A DNA stretch of 64,000 nucleotides from Octopus vulgaris. Taxonomy: Eukaryota. The DNA lies in the NCBI GenBank assembly GCA_951406725.2, contig OX597818.1, forward strand, positions 141,174,001 to 141,238,000. Direction: 5' to 3'. A program made the translations under genes and the position numbers. Below are positions 1-13,286 of this stretch, one piece after another; position 1 is the first letter of the stretch; the number at the start of each line of letters is the position of its first letter. The notes below the pieces were generated by a model. It was not told the DNA's origin and did no database searches. It saw only the letters and a list, made by a program, of their open reading frames with translations.

Positions 1-30
1 ATTGCTGGCTCTGTGCCAAAATTTGAAATT

Positions 31-1684
31 ATGAAAATGAAGCAAACAAGTGCTCCACTCTAGCCTTGAAATCAGCGGAGTGGGCACTACTACCTACTTA
101 CTGTGGCAAACGTTCGGCCAGAGTAAGAATAGGTAGAGTGACCACTGAAATTGACGAGGCATCGCTGGTGGCAGCCATCCTATATCATACAGAGGAAGAA
201 GCAGACGTTTTAAAATGTCAGACTACGGAGGTGAACTGAAGGAGATATGGGCTAGAATTAATAGTCCATATAATCCTGCCAGACCTCCATAAGATTGTGG
301 TAGAGCTGGTGTTGCCAGAAGAGACCAGATTAAGGATTGTTGTGGAGGGTAGACCTCCAATATGTTTTATGTGTGGAGTAAGGGGACACATGAAGGCCAA
401 GTGTCCCCAGAAACAGGAGGAAGAAATAACAGAAACAGAAATGCAAGAAGAAGAGAATATAGTTGTAGCAGAGGAGAAAATGGACGAGCAATTTACGGTG
501 TGGAAACGAAAAAAAGAATTTAGAATAATCACCTAAAAGCCCCATGGAGAAAAAAAAAGAAAAAGAAACGAGGAAGAGAATAAAAAAGAAAAAGAAGAAA
601 ATGGAAAACCAAGTGAAATGTGAACTCAGGAACCGTTGCCTTCAACCAGTAAGGAAGAAAGAGCACAACAGAAGAATGAAAACGAAAGAGACAGCGAATT
701 TTGAGACAGAGAAAATTGTGTCGGACGAAGAGAGAGGTGAAAGATATCAGAGAAAGATACCTACATGTAGAAATTTACGAAACCTCGTAGAATACGAAAA
801 CAGGGTTGAAATCGGACAGAATGGTAACAAAGATGAAAAATGTTATCAGAGTGAAATTGGCAAACTCAGAAGGTAAGAAGGGCTGGCTATTGGAGAGAGA
901 AAGAAGATTAGTAGAAATGTTTGTGGGAAAAAAAGAGTTGTAATATCACCACTTCAATTTAGATACGACGAGTTGCCGCCTGTTGTAATTTTCGACGATC
1001 TTATGCAATATTTGTTGTAATTGTGTTTACAAAGCAAAAAAAAAAAAAGATATAAATGACTATAAAGTGGACTGTAATTTAAAAGAACACTAAAATAAAA
1101 CTGCGTATCTTTTCGGTTTGAACGGCAGTTTTTTCTAGCGGTGTCATATGAAATTGTCACCCATAATTATGACCCTAGTATCGATCTATTGCATTTCAAT
1201 CTGTTTTAGGGTTAGGGTTAGGGGTGGGGGGAAGGGCATCTTTTTTTCTTCACAAATGTAAATAAACCTAATCTGTTTCTTAAACGAGGGACATATTCAT
1301 ACGACACAGAATGTTTTTTTTTACCTCAATGGACGTCAGTGATTGGTTGAAATTGCAGAAATTGAAGAAAAAAACAACAAATATCTTACAAACTATAGAA
1401 TTTTCTCAATAAAGCCAAGAGAAAAATATGTTTTATAAACACATTCTACCAGTATACGAAGTTTAAAAGTGTTTAATTACCTAGAAATTATGTTAAAAAC
1501 TGCCGTTCAAACCGAAAAGATCCGAAACTGCTTGCTTTGGGGTACGAGTAAGCAATTTTTTCCTCATTTTTTGTCATAGTCATAGTCCATTGAACATGTG
1601 TTTTATATGTACACCAATGTCTTGTTTTGTCTGTCCTTGTGGTGTCCCCTCTTTATAAAGTCCATGTGCCTAAATAAAAGAAAT
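31..1684 (+). mobile_element. Degenerate ORF1-only (gag-like CCHC zinc-knuckle) non-LTR retroelement, copy 1; 5'-truncated and interrupted by a MITE
   Basis: ORF 297-536 contains CFMCGVRGHMKAKC (CX2CX4HX4C). Upstream frames read EWALLPTYCGK and LVAAIL, and a downstream frame reads YDELPPVVIFDD; all match copies 2 and 3. It ends in AAATAAAAGAAAT at about 1672-1684. Confidence 0.75.
1105..1523. mobile_element. MITE with ~27-bp TIRs and 8-bp TSD (Merlin-like termini)
   Basis: Left end GTATCTTTTCGGTTTGAACGGCAGTTTTT; right end AAAAACTGCCGTTCAAACCGAAAAGATCC. Flanks are AAAACTGC (1097-1104) and GAAACTGC (1524-1531). It carries an internal (TTAGGG)3 plus G-runs. Confidence 0.8.
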
Positions 1685-1878
1685 CGAGCTGACAGAATCG
1701 TTATCACGCCAGACATAATACTTAGCGCCATTACGGGCTAGATAACACAAGTATCAGTTGAGTACAGGGCTCGACGTAATCGACTTACACCCTCCCCCGA
1801 AATTGCTGGCCTTGTGCGAAAATTTGAGACCAACATTTTATAAGTATGCTAATTTAAGAATATTGTATTGCTATACGT

Positions 1879-1920
<42 letters not shown>

Positions 1921-4089
1921 GTGTATTTCAGTTGCTGAGCTGAGGCGTTCCATTGTTAGATCTCATATTATAGTATACAAACTCCCGACTACTAATACTA
2001 GTAATATCATTTATTTTCACCTTACCAAAAGTCTTCTATACGTTTGGTATTGAAACCAAGTGGGGAAATGTGATTTTACAATTTGCTCCCAATGGTGTTA
2101 GCGGCTTCAAGTAACGTGAATTGAACACACTCCTACTGCGTACACTTCAAAGAGTGCTAATAAAATAATTTAATTACTTACGTATGATACGTAGTTTTTA
2201 TCCAAAACGAAAAGTGGTTGCTCTCACATTCATTTCCTAATGGAGACCGGCATTGAAATGCGTTGTTTCTAATTGTAAACTGTATAGGAATCGTAAAAGA
2301 CTGAGTCACTACGTCGTAAACAACCAGTCTTTAATGTTGATTGATTGAGACTTGGCTAAAATCTGTTTCAAATATAGAGGAAGAAACGAAGTGTTTTACC
2401 TCGATCACGTCGATACCAAGCACATTAACGATGTAAGTCATGTGAAATTGACTCACAGCGATCTGGGGACAAAGCTGGCCACCGGAAAACTACAGTCCTG
2501 ATCAATAGTTTGTATACATTTGAATGCATTGGTAAAATGTTTTCACTGTAATTGATAATGGAAAACAAGGAATGTATTTTAGAATAAAATAAACACACAA
2601 TCTTAGAACAATTTACAAAAGTACAAATATTAATGTGATACTGCCAAATGCTGAATACGATAACGCTTTGGCTGCAATACAGCGTCATTTCCGTCAGACC
2701 TAATTTTAGGAGTAATCTGTTATTTCCTTTGTTCAAACTTAAAATATTTCTATTCTAAATACGAAATTGATGAAGGATAATAAGCTACAACATTGCTTTT
2801 GCTGTAACATAGATTTGTCTATACTATTTATGCCAGGAGACGATCCTGAATATTGTAGACTGCCAATAATACTCTAATCTGGTCATGTATAGTGCAATTA
2901 AAGAACATAAAGTAGTTAACATCTCCAGAACATGGAAGTAGGTCTTCAAATCTATTGCAGCCCGTTAAAGCATCATCCAAAATTACAGTCACCTTTTCTG
3001 CAGAAACGGCCCCAATAACAGAAGGAATTGGCATAACTTAACCCTTGCAAGTGTATATCTGAGATGGTACATTGACGTAAAAAGCGACATACGAAACAGT
3101 TGCTGCAAACTGCATCACAGATGTTTGATGTTTCTTCACATAAACATACCTTCAAGCCACTTTCTCTCCTTGCAAATTTGCAGACCACACTCAACGTTTC
3201 CCACGGTCGTGGATTTGTTAGACGGAAACTGAAAGAAGACTATCGCATGCATAGCCCTAGCTAGATAGTTGAATGATCTCCTTAGCAAGAAAGACAATAG
3301 AGTAATCTCCCTTTACTAAGTTTCTCGGAGCGACTATGTCATGAGACGTGTTTCCTAATTATTCAAGAAGCTTAGCGTTTTTCTTGGAAGTTTTTAGAAT
3401 GTCTCACATTCCATTAATAAAAACAGCTTGCTAAGCCTGCCCTTCGGGTATTAGTCGATTAGACTTAGAACCATTCACGTCATTGCTATGTCCGTCTGTT
3501 TCTCTATGCCACATGACTGAAAACCACTACTTAGCTGTTATTTCTACATTTTCTATCTCTGAACTTTCTTGCATAGATTAATTAATCCAACTAGATTGTA
3601 CATTTTGATTATGTATCATCATCGATTATATTTTTATGTAGTAAATATATAGTTCTTGAATTTATTTTTCATCTCTATATGAACACTTGTAATAATACAA
3701 GAACCAAATTTTGAAAGAAAATAATTCCCGAGGTCGGTGCGTCCGACTAAAATTTCACAAGCCAACGCACCAGCATGGCCGCAGACAAATGACAGAAACA
3801 AGTAAGATATAAAAGATTATATGTGTGTGTGTGTTTGTTTGTGTGTGTATGAGTGCGTGTGTGTGGGTTGAATTAAATGAGACAACAAAGCCAAGGCAAT
3901 AGAAATAATATATTTCTAAATCTCTCAGGGAGATTTATGCAGTAGCAGCACGATGAAGTGATAGTATGTTGTCAACTTAATATGTGAGTCCCATAAAAGG
4001 GAATAATGCTACTGTTATTTTGCTTGACACGTTTCCTCTGTCATGTTTGCAAAGTGGTGATATGCACCTCCACCCAGCAAAGCCAGCAG

Positions 4090-4130
4090 CCAGAGACTAG
4101 TTTCAGAATCCTTGCTCATCATCAGTCTGG
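4090..4130 (-). ncRNA. Type I hammerhead ribozyme motif (canonical core, GUC site)
   Basis: Minus strand reads CCAGA-CTGATGA-T-GAG-CAAGGA-TTC-T-GAAA-CTAG-TC-TCTGG. Helix I is CCAGA/TCTGG and helix III is the palindrome ACTAGT. Confidence 0.7.
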
Positions 4131-4175
4131 AGTAGCATGGATTGCTAGCCTTATTCTTTATTCTTTTCTATTCTC

Positions 4176-4560
4176 GGCACAAGGCCCGAAATTTTAGGTG
4201 ATGGAACCTGTCGATTAGATCGACTCCAGTACATAACTGGTACTTAATTTAAAGACACCGAAAGGATGTAAGGCAAAGTCGACCTCGACGGAATTTGAAC
4301 TCAGAACGTAAAGACAGACGAAATGCCTATTTCTTTACCACCCAGAAGGGGCTCACCACAGAGAGGACACACAAGGACAGACAAACGGATTAAGTCGATT
4401 ACATCGACTCCAGTGCGTAACTGGTACTTAATTTATCGACCCCGAATGGATAAAAGGCAAAGTCGACCTCGGCGGAATTTGAACTCAGAACGTAACGGCA
4501 GACGAAATACAGCTACGCATTTCGCCCGGCGTGCTAACGTTTCTGCCAAGTCGCCGCCTT
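4176..4560 (-). mobile_element. tRNA-derived SINE (composite: tailed copy followed by a second partial body)
   Basis: Reverse complement contains GTTCTGAGTTCAAATTCCGCCGAGGTCGACTTTGCCTTT (B box plus conserved core) twice. Same family as 32412-32790. Confidence 0.8.
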
Positions 4561-4762
4561 TGAAATTTTGGCACAAGCCAGCAATTCAAAGGAAAAGTGA
4601 TACGTGACTGGTACTGTATTTTATCATTCTTGAAATGAGGAAAGGTCACATTAATCGCAGCGGGACTTGAGCTCAGATCACAACGAACCGGGTGAAATGC
4701 CACCAACCAAGCATTGCGTGTGATGTGTTAACGGCTTTGCTAGCTCGCTCCCTTTTAGCTTT

Positions 4763-6515
4763 AATCTTTATTATTAGCACATTGGCTCTTACAAAAAAGG
4801 GACGAACGAAGACAGACAACACAATATAGTGGGGTACATAAAACATAAATCGAATGAATATGAATATAATGATATAATGAATAATGAAATGTCTTACCTG
4901 CGCCCCACACATGAACAGTTCATTGTACTTCTTTTTTTAAAAAACATCATTTTAATTTAACAAATTTCACTTGCTTTCAACTGATTTCACTATATCTTCA
5001 GATGGCACCACTGGTGGTAGTTCGTCACATCGAACCCACGACTCCGATAATACAATTTGTTCCCCAAACAATTCTCTTAATGCTTCTATTTTCACTCTCT
5101 CTAGCAAGACTGCCCTGTTGTTCTCAGTATGCTCCACCTCCGACAATTTCACTCTGATTAGGTTTTTCATTTTAGTGACCCGCTTCTCTATTTCTACGCT
5201 CTTTTTATACTCTATCATCATCCTCCCATTTTTTCCTATCGGTACTCCATCCCGTTTTCCATCTCTATTCTCTCCTGATGTTCCTGGTTTTTGTCTCTCA
5301 AACATCTCTTACTCTTTATTGTAGCCTCCTTTCCTTTCTGAATACTTGTTTTTTCTTTTATAATTTTCTTTTTTTTATTTCTGTTCTTTCAATTTGTATC
5401 TCCTCTAAGTTGCCATTTCTCTTTTTGGTGGTGAATAGGCATTTCCATCTCTTTTCTTTTTCCTTTCACCAACTAAGTATTTTTCTCCTACGTTTTTCAT
5501 TTCTCCACTCCTTGTTCCACCTCCTGCTACTTCTGTTCTACTTCTTGTTTCTGGCGACACCTTGCTTGCATGTATCCCCGTACTTCACAGTGATAGCAGA
5601 TGGGATGTATTCCCTCCATTACAAAACTTAATTTAACATCCTCTGGCAACATAATTTCATCTACAATTTTATGCAGGTCCGGCAAACTGATTTGGACCGT
5701 CACTTCAAGGCCGTATCCAGACCAGTTTACCTCTGTTGTCCTCGTTACTTTCAGCAGAGTGGTCTCCTCTTCCGCGTTGAAGAGAATGGCTGCCACCAGC
5801 CACGTTTTATCGATTTCTGGGGTCACTCTGCCAATTATAATTCTGGCCGACTATTTGCCACATCAGGTTGGCAGCAGTGCCCACTCTTCCGACCTCAGTG
5901 GCACAGCGGAGCACTTTATTGCGTCCTGTTCGTTCGCAAACCGTACCTCCACTGTGCCGTACTTCTTGCCTCTGGTGTAGTATGTCGTAAGGGGCTTAAT
6001 ATCCTTAAGACACTCCTCCATTGCTTCAATGGTTGCTATTTCCATTATTTTGCTTGAGCTTGATAGCGTTCTATACAAAAGAGTTTGTTTTGTTTTTTTG
6101 CTGTTTCCTCCATTACCTCTTTTGGTGGGGTCAGCCTCAGGCCACTTCCTTCCTTAACTTTAAGTTAATTCGCCTTTTTCAATCTCCTCTTGTCGAATTT
6201 CACTTCTTTAACCTGCAAAACGTTGTTATTCCAACCTCTTCCCGTTGCTGCAGCATAGCTGACGGCTGGTTGTGTCAACATAACTTCGTTTCTTCAGATT
6301 GTCACAAATGACAAGAAAATTTCCAGAAAATATTTTCGTAAATATCACAGTTCACAAAATTTACAGAAACTTTTTTACCCAACAGGGCGAAAATTACCGT
6401 TTTTCAATTTCAATTAACACAAATTTACAATAAACAGAACAGGAAACGAACTCACACAGCGCAGGTAAGAAAGTGAAGACGACAACGTGTCGTAGACGAA
6501 AAAGGCGTGGCCTTG
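4763..6515 (-). mobile_element. Degenerate ORF1-only zinc-knuckle retroelement, copy 2
   Basis: Frameshifted pieces of one protein: 5863-6078 (RGKKYGTVEVRF), 5527-5826 (CYHCEVRGYMQARC) and 4967-5305 (DELPPVVPSED). No RT/ORF2 lies between the ORF end and the AATAATAAAGA 3' end. Confidence 0.8.
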
Positions 6516-6520
6516 CTAGC

Positions 6521-8151
6521 ATTATTCTTTACTATGAGCATATAGCTCTTACAAAGAAGAAGCGAACAAAGACAGACAACACAATATAGTGCGGTACATA
6601 AAACATAAATCGAATGAATATAAATATAGTGATATAATGAAAAATGAAATGTCTTACTTGCACTCCACACGCAGACAGTGTCATTTAACTGTGTTTGCAA
6701 TACATGTTCGTGAACAGTATATTATTCTTTTTTTTTTTAAACACATTTTAATTTTGCAAATTTTACTTACTTTTTATTCAATCGACAATGTATTGCACAA
6801 TGTCTTCGAATGGCACTACTGGTGGCAGCCAATCAGATCGAATCCACAGCCACAGCAATTCAATCCGGTCTTCGAACAACTCCTTCAATTCATCCGCTCT
6901 CCCTCTCTTCAGCAAAACCGATCTCTCGTCCTCTCTACACTCACTTGCCGCTATCCTAACAATTATAAAACTTTTCATACTCGTAATCCTCCTCTCCATC
7001 TCGACACTCTTTCTGCACTCCACCATACTCCTCAGATCTCTTCTTCCCGTCCCCCCTTCCATCTCCACTCCGTTCCGATGCTCCTGGTACCTGTGTGTCA
7101 ATGTTTTCCACCCATAACACCCTGCTCCACCTGCGCCTCATGCCGCTCCTGTCCCACCTCCTGTTGCACTTCCTGTTTCTGTGGATACCTCGCTCGCATG
7201 TGAACCCGGGCTCCACAGTGGTTGCAGATGGGAGGTCCTCCCTCCACTACCACTCTTAGTTTGACCCCCTCCGATAACACAATCTCATCCACAATATTAT
7301 ACAGATCCGGGACACTGATTCGGACCGTCACCACAACGCATCCAAACCAGTTCATCTCCGCTGTCCTCGTGACCCTCACGACATTGGTTTCCTCATCCGC
7401 ACTGAAGAGAATGGCCGCCACCAGCCACGTTTCTCCAAATTCTGGGGGCACTCTGCCAATCTTAATTCTGGCCGCACGTTTGCCACAGCAGGTTGGCAGT
7501 TGTGCCCACTCATCCGACCTGAATGGCACAGTGGAGTACTTTATTGCGTCCTGTTCGGTCGCAAACCATACCCCCACTGTGCCGTACTTCCTGCCTCCGG
7601 TGTTGTACGTCATAAGGTGCTTCACCTCCTTGAGGCATTCCTTCACTGCTTCAATGATTGCTACTTCCACCCTCTTACCGATGTTAGACAGCGTTCCACA
7701 GACAACATTTTCTTCGCTGCTTCCTTCAATATTTTTTGGTGGGATCAGTCTCAGACTGCTTCCCTCTTCAACAATTAGCTCGTTAAGTTTTTTCGGTCTT
7801 TGTTCGTCCTATTTCACCTCCTTGACCTGCACAACGTCGCCATTTACATCCCTTTCCGCTGCTGTAGCACAGCTGACAGCTGGTTGAAGTTTGATATCTT
7901 AGCTGGTCACAAATGACATGAAAATTTCCAGAAATTGTCTTCACAGAATCACTGTTCAATAAATTTACAGAAACTTTCCAACTCGCAGAGTGAAAATTAT
8001 AGCTTTCCACAGGACAACAGATCAAATTCTAATAAAACGTTCAATTCAAATATAACAAAAATTTACAATAACAGAACAGGAAACATACTGACATACCGTA
8101 GGCAACAACTGAAAACAACACCGTGTCTCAGACGAAAAAGGCGCGACCTTG
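6521..8151 (-). mobile_element. Degenerate ORF1-only zinc-knuckle retroelement, copy 3, head-to-tail with copy 2
   Basis: ORF 7098-7670 (GRKYGTVGVWF...CNHCGARVHMRARY) plus 6778-7101 (DWLPPVVPFED). The 3' UTR at 6521-6720 aligns with 4763-4925. The 5' motif CAAGGYCRCGCCTTTTTCGTCT is shared with copy 2. Confidence 0.8.
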
Positions 8152-8367
8152 ATGGCTGTCGATGCGTATCCGGCTTTGAAAACATATAGATTTCAAGTGG
8201 AATACATTCACTGATTTTTGAGATTAGAAATAATATATTTCTAAATCTCTCGGAGAGATTTATGCAGTAGCAGCATGTTGTCAACTTAATAGGGAAGAAT
8301 CCTACCGTTATTTAGCCCTAAGAAACACCATTTCCTGTGGCATCGACAGCTAGCAAGCCATCCTACT

Positions 8368-8408
8368 CCAGACTGATGATGAGCAATGACTCTGAAACTA
8401 GTATCTGG
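8368..8408 (+). ncRNA. Type I hammerhead ribozyme motif (canonical core, GUA site)
   Basis: CCAGA-CTGATGA-T-GAG-CAATGA-CTC-T-GAAA-CTAG-TA-TCTGG. Helix I extends past a bulge through AGCCAT/ATGGCT. Confidence 0.72.
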
Positions 8409-8489
8409 ATGGCTTTGCTGGGAAGAGGTGCTTAACTCCACTTTGAAAACATAAAAACACAGGAAATATATCAAGTCCAACAGGAAACG

Positions 8490-8705
8490 GTGTTTCAAAT
8501 TTTGGCAGAAGGACAGCATGTACGTGACTCCGAGGAACTCGATTACATCGACCGCAGTGCTCAACCGATACTTGTTTTATCGACTCCTGAAGGCTTAAAG
8601 GCACAGACACCCTAGGCGGAATTTGAACTCAGAAGTAAAGACGTACAAAATGCCCCCGAAGCATTTTGTGCGACGTGCTAAGGATTCTGCCAGCTCACAG
8701 CCTTA
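8490..8705 (-). mobile_element. tRNA-derived SINE, diverged copy
   Basis: Contains GGCGGAATTTGAACTCAGAA and TTCTGCCAGCTCAC, matching the SINE family at 32412. Confidence 0.7.
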
Positions 8706-8859
8706 AATAGATGTCTATATACTATAAGGATATATAGTAGAGTATAATCCATTCGAAGGTTCCACAATTAAGAACTTAATGTTGTGTAGACTAACAGCAT
8801 AAAAAAACTATGTTATATATATATAGTGAAATTAATATATACTTTACCGAGTCAAAAAC

Positions 8860-8914
<55 letters not shown>

Positions 8915-9415
8915 CGTGTGTCTGTGTGTGTGTGCGTAAGACAATTATATAAATATAAAATTGGATGTGTGACTTTTATGCGTGACTAGACACATATACA
9001 TATATTTATATATAATCACAATGAATGGCATTTCATGTGTACGCTTACAAATATTCGAACAGTCATTGGATAATTTATTTCTTGTGTGTGTCATTTAGTT
9101 TTATGTACTACACTCCCTTGAACTGAAAGTGGGTTTTATTTGCTGGACGCACGAACGCCAATCTAATATATAGCAAAGGTTTCACCGAGGTCAATAGAGA
9201 GGTGAGTGGCAAAAGTAATTCATCTTATTTGATGTACAGATGAACAAAAAAAATAATATCATAATCACATTTTATGAGCATTGAAATATATATTCCCACG
9301 TGTGAAACGTATGGTTCTGTGTGTGAGGCAATCAGGTGAAAGCAATCGACGTGAAATGATACCAAGACATGACAAATACTTGCTACAGTAGGCGTGTCAT
9401 TATCATAACGTTGAT

Positions 9416-9417
<2 letters not shown>

Positions 9418-9480
<63 letters not shown>

Positions 9481-9493
9481 GGTGGTGGTGGTG

Positions 9494-9542
<49 letters not shown>

Positions 9543-9616
9543 CAGCAGCAGCAGCAGTAATAGTAGTGGTGATAGTAGTAGTAGTAGTAGTAGTAGTAGC
9601 AGTAGTTGTAGTAGTA
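9418..9616. repeat. Compound trinucleotide microsatellite (GTA)n/(GTG)n/(GCA)n
   Basis: Direct reading of the sequence. Confidence 0.95.
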
Positions 9617-10139
9617 AATATGGTGGTGAGATTTGGGTTTGTTGTAAAAAAATGTATGTATATATATATCGAATAGATACGAAATTGCTGCTTTATTTAT
9701 GTTTATATTTAATGTTTTTCGCACATATTTACTTCATTGAGACCAAAATATAACACACCATATCGTGCCTCGTGTCGATTTGAACACGGAATTTTGTGGA
9801 TGGTTAAGGAGGTGACAAAATATTGCAAGTTTAAATTGTATTTCGCTGTCGGTTTTAACTCGTATATTCTTTTCTACTCTAGACACAAAGTCCGAAATTT
9901 GGTGGGGAGGGAGCCAGTCGATTAGATCGACCTCAGTACGTAACTGGTACTTAATTTATCGACTCCGAAAGCATGAAAGGCAAAGTCGACCTCGGTTTTA
10001 AATCGTATACTGCTGGCGGGGAAAGTAATTATTTGAAACATGTTGGGTTATATCTATGCCCTTTGACTGGTAACAAATTAAAGTTCAGGAAAGAAATTTA
10101 GAAAGAAAATAAAATCAGTCGTGAAATTAGAAGTATTTG

Positions 10140-10500
10140 AAGGCAGCGAACTGGCAGAAATTTTAGCGCGCTGGACGAAATTCTTGGCAAGGTTCTGAGT
10201 TCAAATTCCGCCGAGGTCGACATTACCTTTCATCCTTTCGGGGTCGATACATTAACTACCAGTGAAATTCTGGCGCCGATGTGATCGACTTACACCCTGC
10301 TTACAAATTTCAGGCCTTTTGCTTAGAAAAATGCTTAGCGGCATTTCGTCCGTCTGAACGTTCTGAGTCCAAATTCTGCCGCGGTCGACACTGCCTTTCA
10401 TCTCTTCAAGATCGCTAGAATAAGTACCAATTGAACATTAGGTTCGATGTAATCTACTTACTTCTTCTACCTTGCTGGTGCTGTGCCAAAATTTGAAACT
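10140..10500 (+). mobile_element. tRNA-derived SINE, two tandem bodies
   Basis: AGGCAGCGAACTGGCAGAA head; GTTCTGAGT(T/C)CAAATTC core occurs at about 10192 and 10360. Confidence 0.75.
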
Positions 10501-10984
10501 AATGTTAAAGGTACTTCTTTGTCTGAACCCGAAATTACACGAGTCAAAGTCAAAATTAAAGTGGTTTCAACACCAAACATTTCGTGATTGCACACGGAAC
10601 ATGTTACCGATACAAAGCGATAAAAAACATGGAAAAAGAAAACAATTAATTAATAAATATGAGGCGCGAAGTATTATTAATCAAAGGTTGATGTAATTCA
10701 AGCTACATGTCAAAGCGTGTATTCGAACTTTAGAGGTTTTAAGATCTTAATAATGGAAGGAAAACGAAGTCATAATCGACATCTTAAACAAACAAAAAAA
10801 AATGTTATCCATCAAAATGGAAAATAGAATATTAGCAAAAAAATGGAATTTTTATGGGCCACTCTAATTCTATTTCGGCAAATACAGGAACAACTCTTGA
10901 TATTTTGGTTGTAATATGTTACCTTAGTAGTGATGAAGTAGTAACTAAACAGGTATAAACACTGGGTGCTGTAGTCAAATGGAG

Positions 10985-11305
10985 GAGGAGAAGACCCCCT
11001 TCAGTCATGAATGACTATGGGATTGCACCTAGAGAGTTACCCTCCAGGGCAAATCCTGGGAAGGTTCTTTATGGAAGCCCAGCAGTCAGCCATGCATACC
11101 AGCCTCCCCTTTTCATACCACTGATGTTATCCAAGGGAAAGGCAAAGGCTGATGCAGCTTGGCACCAGTGATATCGCAACTCATTTCTACAGCTGAGTTA
11201 ACTGGAGCAGCGTGAAATAAAGTGTCTTGCTCAAGAACACAACACGCAGCCCGGCCCGTTAATCGAACTCACAACCTCACGATCGTAAGCTCGACGCTCT
11301 AACTA
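10985..11305 (-). mobile_element. tRNA-derived SINE of a second family (CORE/Ceph-like body)
   Basis: Reverse complement begins with a tRNA-like head (AGTTAGAGCGTCGAGCTTACGATCGTGAGGTTGTGAGTTCGAT) followed by GTGTTGTGTTCTTGAGCAAGACACTTTATTTCAC. Confidence 0.65.
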
Positions 11306-11524
11306 CAAGTCAGAGTCGTTAGAGTGTTGCAGTGATTGCCTTGCAGTATTTCTTGCGATATTTAGACTATCAGTTCTAATCCGGCCGTGTTCAACCTCGT
11401 CTTTCATCTTTTCCAGATCAATGAAAGGCTGTGGATTGCCGGGAATGTTAGATGGTTGGACGAGATATTCAAGCAATCTCGGCTCTCTGTATTTTCACAC
11501 CAATGCCAGCAATGATATTAATTT

Positions 11525-11728
11525 CAAATTTTGGCACAAGTCCATCAATTTTGGGGCAAGGTGTGCGGTGCTTACTCTAGTACTCTACTAGTACTTATTT
11601 TATCGGGTCCAAAAGGATGAAATACAAAGTCAACCTCGGCGGAATTTCAGCTAAAATGCAATGACAGGTGAAATGTCAGTAATCATTTTTCCCGGCTTGG
11701 TCACGATTCTGTCAGCTCACCACCTTAA
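11525..11728 (-). mobile_element. tRNA-derived SINE, diverged copy
   Basis: Contains AAAGTCAACCTCGGCGGAATTT and ATTCTGTCAGCTCACC. Confidence 0.65.
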
Positions 11729-12422
11729 TACCGGCAATGATATTAGTACTAATATGTATCGACGCAAGCCAGCAGCATTTTCGTAGGATAAACATAGATG
11801 GAGTAGAGAAGGTACATATTCAGACATAGACAACTGTCGGAGTTACCCACATAATGTTGTCCATTTCTACACACATAAATATATTGATACAGGCATGGCT
11901 CTATGTTTGAATATCTCGATCTGCAATCATGTTCTTTCAGCTTGATTTGTACTGTTCAGGACGTTGAGCAAGTGGCTTCTAGTACCTAGTGAGTTAATTT
12001 CTTAGGCAAGAAACTGCATAGAAAACTGTTTTATTTATGCGTGTGTGTGTGTGTGTACGAGTATGTAATTGTGTTAGGGTTTATACACTCCTACACAGCG
12101 TGAGAACTTGTAATATCCTGTTTACGTTCCAGTAACCTAGTGATTCGTCAAAAGATACAGACAGAATAAGCAACAGATTTAAATGAAAAAGAAAAAAAGA
12201 CATTGGAGGGGTGGTGCATACCCTGCGAACAGACAAATTTTTTCGCAAATTATAATATGACTTACAATGCGTTGCTTACCCATGCTTTTTAACTGAACTA
12301 ATTAAGTATCACCATTATAGTTATTTATACATCGGTGAAATTAAGAAAAAGACTCGTAAATAAGCGAAACCCTCAAATCCATAACTGAACACATAGATGC
12401 GCGCGTACAAACAGCACGCACA

Positions 12423-12480
<58 letters not shown>

Positions 12481-13217
12481 CGCATATCTTTATATGTATT
12501 TACGTATGTTTGATGATAATCAAGCCAAATTTTCATCATTTCGAGCCATTCACCTAATGAGTATTTCTGCCAAATGTGGTGAAAATCAGTTCAGCAGTTT
12601 ACCAGTTATTTTGCAAACACACAGACAAACAGCTTAAGACAAGCGATTACAATAGTCAGCTTTCGCTTACAAGCGCAGGGTGAATATCCAAATTTTTAAC
12701 ACTCTATCGCTAATAAAATGAGAACCTTTTTCTCTCATAGTTAGAAATAGAGATGCAAAAGGGAGAGAGAAGGTACTGCAAACACGGTAGCAAATTATAC
12801 TTACAGCAATACTGCTGCTTATAACTGTGAACTATACACCAGCGTGGGAAATTAATTAGAGTTAAATAGACTACGCCACGAGAGTTAATTGCCATGGCAT
12901 TGGCAATTAATGCAGTGTCTGTGACAAGGCTGTAATTAGTAAGATTCTGAACTAAGAACGGCCAAGGTAAATGCTTCAAGGCATTATAATTATTATTATA
13001 ATGACTATAATGAATATTGCTACTAATACTACTGTTATGAATACTCGACCCAATGAATGTGTATCTACATATGTTCTTGATATATAGGGAATAGCAACCA
13101 AATCGTGCTCAAGTTTCTGATATAGAAAACGTATGACATATTGGTTGTTATAATCCTAGATACAATAGGTCGCAATATTATTTTTAGAGATGTAACGATC
13201 CTGAAGATGTTATCGAA

Positions 13218-13286
<69 letters not shown>

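Noticed and set aside
1206-1223. (TTAGGG)3 as a telomere or fusion site
   Set aside because: It lies inside a MITE that is present twice in the window.
2425-3194. Possible Tc1 WPALSPD motif and a Cys-rich piggyBac-like tail
   Set aside because: The matches are too short and degenerate to support without a profile search.
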